Below are positions 57,161 to 64,000 of a stretch of 64,000 nt of DNA, one piece after another (position 1 is the first letter of the stretch; every line of letters starts with the position of its first letter). This DNA is from an uncultured Acidobacteriaceae bacterium (GTDB taxonomy: Bacteria > Acidobacteriota > Terriglobia > Terriglobales > Acidobacteriaceae). Position numbers and translations under genes: made by a program. The stretch spans positions 32,687-96,686 of the forward strand of contig CAVWTV010000021.1 of assembly GCA_963757965.1 (NCBI GenBank), given 5' to 3'. The notes beneath the pieces were generated by a model. The model searched no databases. It was not told the origin of the DNA and saw nothing but the letters and a program-made list of their open reading frames with translations.

Positions 57161-58264
57161 CTACTTGCCCAACTGCTTCACGAAGAAATCGGCCATGATG
57201 TGGTTGGCCTCCTGAGCTTCGGGCAGGAGGGGGTCGTACCAGAAGGCATGGGTCAGCGCGTCGAAGACTACCAGGCGGGCATCGACTCCGGCATTCAGAT
57301 AGGCGCGGTGCAGATTGACCGTGCCGCTGAGCAGCATGTCGCGGGTGCTGGTGACAAACAGCGTGGGCGGCAGGCCGTGCAGGTCGCCGTAGATGGGCGA
57401 GAGGATCGGGTCTTTGGGGTCGGTTCCTCCCACATAGTAGATGTCGTGCGGTTCCGATGTCGGCGGGGCGAGTTGGCCGGAGAAGCCGCGCAGCCCGTAA
57501 AGCGCCATCGAGTCACCGTCGCGCGCAAAGTCTCCCTGCCCGCTGAAGACGCCCAGCGCGGCGGGCATGGGCAGACCAAGTTGCTTCAGTTTCGCGGCCA
57601 CTTCCGCGGTGAGTTCGGCGCCCGCCGAAGTTCCGTAGATGACGATGTGCTCCGGCTTGTAAGTCTTGAGCAGTTCCTTGTATACGGCTACCGAATCATC
57701 CACTGCCGCGGGAAAGGGATGCTCGGGCGCCAGGCGGTAGATCACGGCAACGACCTTGATCTTTGTAAAGCCGGCGATGGGAATCGACTCTGTATACGAT
57801 CCCGAGTCGGAGTTGAAGCCGCCGCCGTGCAGGTTGAGCAGCACCTTGTCGCGATTGGCTTCAGGCAGTCCTTCTGGTGTAACAATGCGCACCGGCACTC
57901 CGGCAATCTTGTCTTCGACAAGCTGATTGGGGCAGAGCCTGTCCCAGGCTTTGCGGACGAGGGCCGTGTATTGATCGGTGAGCCTGCGGCGGTCTTCGAG
58001 CGATTGGGGCGGGCCCTGATCGGGCATGGCGCGGCCCAGCACCAGTTGCGCCGGGGTGCTGATGGTTGCCGGCACCGGGACCACGCGCGTCACGTGCGCT
58101 GTGCCCTGCTGGTCGATGTAGCTGGTGTCGCTATTCGGAGCCTGGGCCGCCGTGGTTGGCAGGGGAGCAGGTGCGGGGTTGGGCTGGGGAGCCGGCTGCT
58201 GCGCGGCCAGCGCAGCGGCGGCAAGAAGAACAAGGAAGGCGGCGTGACGGGGCATGGATTGCAT
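57161..58264 (-). CDS. secreted alpha/beta hydrolase fold-3 esterase/lipase (hormone-sensitive-lipase family)
   Basis: Signal peptide, then HGGGF oxyanion motif and GTSAGA nucleophile elbow. The ORF opens at 58336. Confidence 0.85.
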   Translation of the reverse strand: MQSMPRHAAFLVLLAAAALAAQQPAPQPNPAPAPLPTTAAQAPNSDTSYIDQQGTAHVTRVVPVPATISTPAQLVLGRAMPDQGPPQSLEDRRRLTDQYTALVRKAWDRLCPNQLVEDKIAGVPVRIVTPEGLPEANRDKVLLNLHGGGFNSDSGSYTESIPIAGFTKIKVVAVIYRLAPEHPFPAAVDDSVAVYKELLKTYKPEHIVIYGTSAGAELTAEVAAKLKQLGLPMPAALGVFSGQGDFARDGDSMALYGLRGFSGQLAPPTSEPHDIYYVGGTDPKDPILSPIYGDLHGLPPTLFVTSTRDMLLSGTVNLHRAYLNAGVDARLVVFDALTHAFWYDPLLPEAQEANHIMADFFVKQLGK

Positions 58265-58420
58265 TGATTCGGTTCCTCTTGAGGGGCTTTGCGCACTGGG
58301 CGCACAATCCGCCGTGGATCGACGGAACTCGTCCACGATAGCAGAGAAACCTCGAAGAAATGAAAGGGAGCGCCGAAAAGAGCGCTCCCCATTTCTTGCC
58401 GTCTTGTTGCCTTGCCCGTA

Positions 58421-58936
58421 TCAGTTCGGTATGACCAGCAGGCCGGTCTCAAGCAGCTTCTCGGTCAAGCGGTCAATGGCCTCGGGGAGCTTGTAGCAGA
58501 TGGTGCGAACACTCATCCCCAACAAGGTGGCAGCCTCGGCCTGCGTGTATTCCTGGAGCACCACCCGACTCAGCATCTGACGGTCGAGCTCTTCCAGATG
58601 GCTCAAGCACATTTCCATGTCGAGAACGAAGATCACCGCGTCCTCGAAGGTGCGGACAGGCCGGCTCGAGCACCATCCCCGGCCTACCGAATCGCCCAGG
58701 ATGGATGGGGACCTGCCCACCTGCAGCGAAGCATACAGATAGCGCCGCAGCATGTTTTCTGTGTGCTTCCTGTAGAAAGCAACGCTGACCACCGGCCCCG
58801 CCACGGGCGCCTTGGCCAACGCATTTACATCGGCTTGCCGAACCGGCTTCTTTTCCCACGTTTTCTCAGGCTCAGGCCACGCAGCCTGGGCATTGCTCGC
58901 TCCCCAACCTGCTGACAACTGGAGGACTGCGCTCAT
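58421..58936 (-). CDS. divergent sigma-70-like protein (region-4 HTH clear, region 2 weak)
   Basis: LDRQMLSRVVLQEYTQAEAATLLGMSVRTICYKLPEAIDRL matches sigma region 4.2. ATGA overlap with the upstream Zn-ribbon ORF. The ORF opens at 59050. Confidence 0.6.
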   Translation of the reverse strand: MSAVLQLSAGWGASNAQAAWPEPEKTWEKKPVRQADVNALAKAPVAGPVVSVAFYRKHTENMLRRYLYASLQVGRSPSILGDSVGRGWCSSRPVRTFEDAVIFVLDMEMCLSHLEELDRQMLSRVVLQEYTQAEAATLLGMSVRTICYKLPEAIDRLTEKLLETGLLVIPN

Positions 58937-59139
58937 AGCGCACCTCCCGTAGCCGTAGCCACCGCCCAAACCTCGATCAGCGGCTTGCCGGGACGTCCGC
59001 GCCGCTTGCGGCTCTCCGGCGATGGAAAGTCTTTCAGTTTTATCTCGCACCTCTGGCAGTAGACGCTCCCGATGGTCTGGGTTCTATACCAAAGACATCC
59101 GCACCCCTCGCAAATTTTCAATTGCACGCACAGTTCCAT
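58933..59139 (-). CDS. small zinc-ribbon protein
   Basis: 68 aa with CEGC...CQRC (two CxxC pairs 14 residues apart) and a basic tail. Translationally coupled to the sigma-like gene. Confidence 0.5.
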   Translation of the reverse strand: MELCVQLKICEGCGCLWYRTQTIGSVYCQRCEIKLKDFPSPESRKRRGRPGKPLIEVWAVATATGGAL

Positions 59140-59626
59140 GACGGTTTCTCCGTATTCGTTCCTTCGCCCGACGGACTCTATTCGTGGTTGTTTGTCCGCG
59201 GGGTGAAGAGAACCAGGCCTGGCAACTCAGGTTTCTATGGCCCTGATGGGGGATTGCCGCCTGTGCTCCCTTGTGTGTTGTCATGTTAGTAGCGCGCAGA
59301 TCCTGGAAGTTCCGCACTGGCCGCCTCCAGACGCTTCTGCTGAGCGCCGACAGGCGGAGATGGGATTGCCGGATTGGACCGAAGTCCTCCGGAAATGTTC
59401 ATTGACCGCTGAACAAGGACAGGATTGCAACCTGCTCAGCCGTTTGGCAATGAAGCATTCCCCCAAAGAATTCCCACAAGCCAGTGAGAGATTAAGTAGA
59501 CCCAATCTAGGAATATTGTTCTTCTGCGTCAACGTCTCCAGATGAACTTCCGCATTTGCCCTTTCCAATCTGCTGGCTGGGGCCGGGAATGACGGCCAAA
59601 CTGGCCTGTTAGCTTTTCCAGAGGAA

Positions 59627-60376
59627 ATGGGAGACCCTTCGCCACCATTGCCGGTGGCGGATTTTCCACCGATGAATTTTACACAGATGCACGAGTACCT
59701 CCGGTTGGAACTCCACCGCAGGATTCAGCGCGGGACGGTGAGCGTGTCCTTACTGGCGCGTCAGACCGGGCTGGGCCAGTCTCATCTCTCCAATTTCCTG
59801 CACAGCCGCCGCCAGCTTTCGCTCGATGCCATCGATCGCGTTCTCGCGGCGCAGCATCTTTCCGCCGCCGACCTCTTGCCCGCGCTGTACGAATTTGGAA
59901 ATATGTCGAGCCTGGAGGAAAACAGCATGATCCCGGTGGTCTCTCATGCGGCGGCGCTCTTTGAGCCGTTTATCCGCCCCTCGGCGGTTCAATTCATGCT
60001 CCATTTGCCCGCCAAGGCTCTCACAACGATCCGTACACGGGTTTCAAACACGCGCCGCGCCTGGCAGCGATTTGTCGCGGTGCGCATTCCTGTCGCCGAC
60101 GCCATGGCCATGGAGCCGCTGGTGCTTCCCGACGCCATTGTCCTGCTCGATCGGCACTACATCTCGCTTACGCCGTATCGCCCCAACCGGGCCAACGTAT
60201 ACGCGGTGCGCAATGGCGCGCATCTGACATTGCGGTATGTCGATTTTCTCGCCGCCCGGCTCGTCCTGCGTCCACACAACCTGGCCTTCCCGGTGGACGT
60301 GATCGAGATGGATCCCGGCGAGTCTTACAGCGACCTGCTGGCCGGGCGCATTGCGCTCATTCTCAATGAGCCTTGA
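59627..60376 (+). CDS. XRE-family HTH repressor with S24 (LexA/CI)-like C-terminal domain
   Basis: HTH LLARQTGLGQSHLSNFLHSRRQLS. C-terminal ADAMAMEPLVLPDAIVLLD...YAVRNGAHLTLRYV...LVLRPHN parallels the GDSMEP...K layout of S24 peptidases. An alternative start lies at 59672. Confidence 0.7.
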   Translation: MGDPSPPLPVADFPPMNFTQMHEYLRLELHRRIQRGTVSVSLLARQTGLGQSHLSNFLHSRRQLSLDAIDRVLAAQHLSAADLLPALYEFGNMSSLEENSMIPVVSHAAALFEPFIRPSAVQFMLHLPAKALTTIRTRVSNTRRAWQRFVAVRIPVADAMAMEPLVLPDAIVLLDRHYISLTPYRPNRANVYAVRNGAHLTLRYVDFLAARLVLRPHNLAFPVDVIEMDPGESYSDLLAGRIALILNEP

Positions 60377-60607
60377 GCGTGCGCGGACCCGGCCGCCCAG
60401 GGCGGCTTCGGGGCCCCGAGGGTACCGTCCTACATGCCGACATTTCATTAGTAATCACAACTACGCCGTCTTCAATCAACAGTCTCCCGCCAGTTTCCTC
60501 ACAGCTGTTCTGGACTTGACGTCGAAGGAAAGTTTTAAGTTTCCTGTTGCTATCCAAAAGGAGCCGTGTCATTATTCCTGTTGGATACCTAAAGGTGGGA
60601 GCTCCCG

Positions 60608-60955
60608 ATGAAGGAAAAGTCGGACGTCCAGCAAGGAACGCTCGCGTTGATGGTCCTCAAGACACTCGATGTCCTGGGACCGCAGCACGGCTGGGGAATT
60701 GCCCGACGCATTGAGCAGATAAGCGGAGAACTTCTGGATGTGAATCAGGGCACTCTCTATCCGTTGCTCCTGAAGTTGGAGCATGAAGGCTCGATTGCTT
60801 CCGAGTGGGGCGCATCGGAAAAAAACCGCCGCGCGCGCTTTTATCGGCTCACCGGAGCCGGCCGCAAGCAACTGCGGGCGGAGACCCGCGAATGGGAGCA
60901 AACCGCGGCGATCATCGCGCGCTTTTTCAAATTGAAGGCGGAGGATTTACCGTGA
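60608..60955 (+). CDS. PadR-family transcriptional regulator
   Basis: GTLALMVLKTLDVLGPQHGWGIARRIEQISGELLDVNQGTLYPLLLKLEHEGSIASEWG...RRARFYRLT. Confidence 0.9.
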   Translation: MKEKSDVQQGTLALMVLKTLDVLGPQHGWGIARRIEQISGELLDVNQGTLYPLLLKLEHEGSIASEWGASEKNRRARFYRLTGAGRKQLRAETREWEQTAAIIARFFKLKAEDLP

Positions 60956-63681
60956 AATTCCTGCGACGTTTCTTCATACGCCTGTCGAATTTCGCAACAA
61001 GTCGGAGTGCCGATCAACGCTTCCGGGAAGAGATTGCCGAACATCTGGCATTCCAAACAGAGGAGAACCTGCGCGCCGGTATGTCAACCGCCGAGGCGCG
61101 CCGCCAGGCTGCACTCAAGCTTGGCTCGGCCCAGGCCATTCGCGAGCAACACAACGCCGAGCAGGGCCTTCCGCTCGCTGAGAATCTTCTGCTCGATATC
61201 CGCTATGCGTTTCGAATGCTGCACCGGTCTCCCGGATTTTCCCTGATTGCCATCGCCACCATGGCCCTCGGCATCGGAGCCACCACCGCCATCTACAGCG
61301 TCATCGACGCAACCCTGCTGCATCCTTTGCCCTACCCCAACCCCAGCGAGCTGGTGCGCATTGAAGCCAACCTTCCCGGCGTGGGCGCGCACGATGTCGG
61401 CATCTCCATCCCTGAGTTGAGAGACCTGCAGAACTCGGGAATCTTCCAAAATGTGTCCCTATCCTTTTTCGGCACCAACAATCTCACCGGCAGCACCCAG
61501 CCCGCCAGCATCGCCTCAAAGTCGGTCTCACCGAGCTACTTCGCGGTGCTCGGCGTCGATGCGCAGTTGGGCCGCACCTTCGATCCGCACGACGCCACAC
61601 CCGGCTTCAACCTTGAAGTCGTGATCAGCGATGGTCTCTGGAAGCGCGCATTTGGCGCCGACCCGCACATTCTCGGCAAGAGTCTGCGCCTTGACAACGA
61701 TCTCTTTCAGGTTGTCGGCGTCATGCCCGCCGGCTTTCGCGACCAGGGCCAAACCAGCGAGGAGCGCGGCACCGATTTGTGGGCGTCGTGCGGATTTTCC
61801 GGCGCCCCCGCCCCGCCGCCTTTGCGCGGCAACGCGTTTCCCCTTCGAGACCATCGCGCGCCTTCAGCCTGGTCTCTCGCCTGAGGCCGCGCAGGGGCGC
61901 CTCGATGCCCTGGTTGCATCGTTGAAAAAGCAATATCCGGCGGATTATCCGACGCAAGGCGCCTGGACAGTCCACCTCACTCCCCTGGCCGAGACTCTCG
62001 TCGGCAACGTTCGCCAATCGCTCATTCTGCTGTTCGGCGCGGTGGGCCTGGTCCTGTTGATCAGCTGCGTCAACGTCGCCAATCTGCTGCTTGCTCGCGC
62101 CAGCACGCGCGGACGCGAGATGGCGGTTCGCCAGGCATTGGGAGCCGCAAGAATGCGCCTGATTCGTCAGCTTCTCACCGAGAGCTTGCTGCTCTTCGTG
62201 CTGGGCGGCATCGCCGGTTTCGCGGTGCTCTTCTGCGCCCGGAAATTCCTGCTGCAATTTGTTCCCGAAAGCCTCCCGCGCCTCAATGACATTTCCATCA
62301 GGCTGGGGCGTGCTGGCGTTTGCCATCGTCGTCTCCGTCGCCGCCGGAACCATCTTCGGGCTTGCCCCCGCTTGGCTCACAAGCCGCCTTGATTTGACGG
62401 CGACGCTGCGGCAGGAAGGTCGTGGCGCCAACGGTTCCCGCCGACGCTCGCGCTTGCGCCACGTTCTGGTGATTGGTGAATTAGCGCTTTCCCTGGTGCT
62501 GATGGTCGCCGCCGGCCTTCTGCTGCGCAGCTTCTGGGACTTGTTCAAGGTGCAACTCGGCTTCAATCCCACTCGGGTCGTGGCAATCGAGACCTCGCTG
62601 CCGAATCCTAACGATCCCAATACCGACATCTACCGCACCGCCACGCAGGAATCCGTGTTGCTGCGCGAAGTTCTGCGCCGCAACCGGACGATTCCGGGCG
62701 TGGAAGAAACCGCCGTCAGTGATCGGGCCGCCATTCCCCTCGGCTATGGCCAGAGCGATCACAGAGCGGTTCCATTGGTTCGCGAAGGCCAGGACCTGCA
62801 GAGAAGCCAGCCTCCGCATGATCGATACATTGACCGTCTCGCCGGAATACTTCCATCTGCTCGGCATGACTCTCGTCCGCGGACGCCTCTTCGTCGACCA
62901 GGACCTTGAAGCTACGCCCTTGGTCGCAGTCATCAACCAGGCCGCGGCCCGAATGTACTGGCCCGGCAAAGATGGAAAGGGCGAGGATCCGGTCGGCAAG
63001 CGAGTCCATTTGTTGGGCCGTCTGGGCCGTGCCAGGCCGGACTGGACCACCATCGTCGGCGTCATTGCCGATGCACGCACAGAATCGCTCGCGGACGCAG
63101 GCATTCCGCAGATCTACCTCGACATCTACCAGCGCCCCGCCAAGTTTCTTGCGTTCTACCTGCGTGGACAGGTCGATCCCGCCGCCATCTCCGCGAAGGT
63201 GCGCACGCAAATCCAGGCCGTCAATGCGGAGCTTCCCGTCTTCCGCGCGGAGACCTTGGACGACGTCCTCTCCTCTTCGCTTTCTGTGCGGCGGTTCTCC
63301 ATGGAAATGGTGGCGCTGTTTGCCGCAACTGCCCTGCTGCTCGCTGGACTGGGAATCTATGGAACCATCTCCTTCCTGGTGAATGAGCAATCGCGCGAAA
63401 TCGCCATTCGCCTCGCGCTGGGCGCGCAAAGGCGCAATATCCTCAGGATGGTTTTACGCCAGGGCCTCACTCTGGCCGCCGCCGGCGCAGGCGTAGGCTT
63501 GGTTGGCGCGCTTATTGTTTCTCATCTCATGGCCGGCTTGCTTTTCGGCGTCTCGCCCTACGATCTCTCCACCTTCGCCGGCGTCACCGCCGTGCTCACC
63601 GCCGTCGCCATCGCCGCCAGTTACGTCCCTGCGCTGCGCGCCATGCGCCTCGATCCAATCACTACGCTCCACGCCGAATGA
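60952..63681 (+). pseudogene. duplicated MacB-like ABC permease ('ADOP' family, FtsX domains), interrupted by 3 frameshifts
   Basis: GTGA overlap with padR. N-terminus FLRRFFIRLSNF...REEIAEHLAFQTEENLRAGMS is typical. The text continues across frames near 61840, 62300 and 62815. It ends with the FtsX-type C-terminus ...SYVPALRAMRLDPITTLHAE. Confidence 0.8.
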
Positions 63682-64000
63682 CTCTTGGCACTGCTCGAGA
63701 CTTGTCTTTACAAGTTGTTGCCATCCCAATGACCTCCTTCGTGATGCTGATGAATTCACCCCGCAGCGAGTTCCAGAGGATTAGTCCGCAAAACGCCCAT
63801 GGCGGCTTTTAGCTCAACGTCAGGCTTCGCTGGAGCTTCGGCTGCCCTTGAGCGGCGATGATGTCCTGACGTTGAGTACAGAACCGTCTGCAAATCGGCC
63901 TTTCTTGGCCAATTGGCCAAGCCCAGGTCGACGTAGCAACTTCAGCCCGGGTGCGTCGTGTCCGGATTGTCGAAGCGAGTGAACTTGCCAATGAAGTGCA

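Noticed and set aside
63682-64000. ORF 63809..63991 and other minus-strand frames at the right edge (for example ..HFIGKFTRFDNPDTTHPG*)
   Set aside because: These are too short and fragmentary, with frames changing within 200 bp. They may be the 3' end of a gene continuing beyond the window, but I cannot support a call.

Overview
This is a chromosomal segment of about 60% GC with roughly 55 protein genes. I found no rRNA, intact tRNA, CRISPR array, transposase or integrase. The gene content suggests an Acidobacteriota/Terriglobia-type soil bacterium (inference only): a PadR plus duplicated MacB-like 'ADOP' permease pair, a TPR Ser/Thr kinase, BlaI/BlaR1, TonB and a TonB-dependent receptor, and many glycoside hydrolases (GH116, GH28, GH31, GH3). 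Housekeeping anchors are lpxC, folK and tgt. Nine observations stand out. (1) A low-GC islet at 27.8-29.0 kb carries a restriction-endonuclease-like gene, a small acidic ORF and only the last ~45 codons of a Dam/D12-type methyltransferase, next to a multiply frameshifted GH31 gene. (2) A four-helix-bundle ('23S rRNA intervening-sequence protein') gene sits between lpxC and a lactonase gene, flanked by inverted arrays of the heptamer TAGGGAC. (3) A minus-strand cluster at 49.9-54.5 kb has two paralogous membrane proteins of unknown family bracketing an ABC-2 exporter, a small winged-helix regulator and a third membrane protein, with a perfect palindrome upstream. (4) A tight lipid-remodelling operon encodes a triple-fusion LplT-PlsC-Aas protein, GtrA, a CDP-alcohol phosphatidyltransferase and a secreted protein, divergent from a ToxR-like regulator. 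(5) A divergent 'switch' pairs a Zn-ribbon protein and a sigma-like protein against an XRE/S24-like repressor whose catalytic dyad looks substituted. (6) A BlaI-BlaR1(M56)-HtrA module has overlapping dyad operators. (7) A dispersed 70-120 bp intergenic hairpin repeat family has at least 4 copies. (8) Reading-frame interruptions are clustered non-randomly: GH31 at least 4, ADOP permease 3, and one each in tgt, a TPR-GT9 protein and a G3E GTPase. Five other genes of 2.2 kb or more are intact. (9) I could not assign any of these to a demonstrably new system without database or structure searches. Functional calls come from motif reading by eye.
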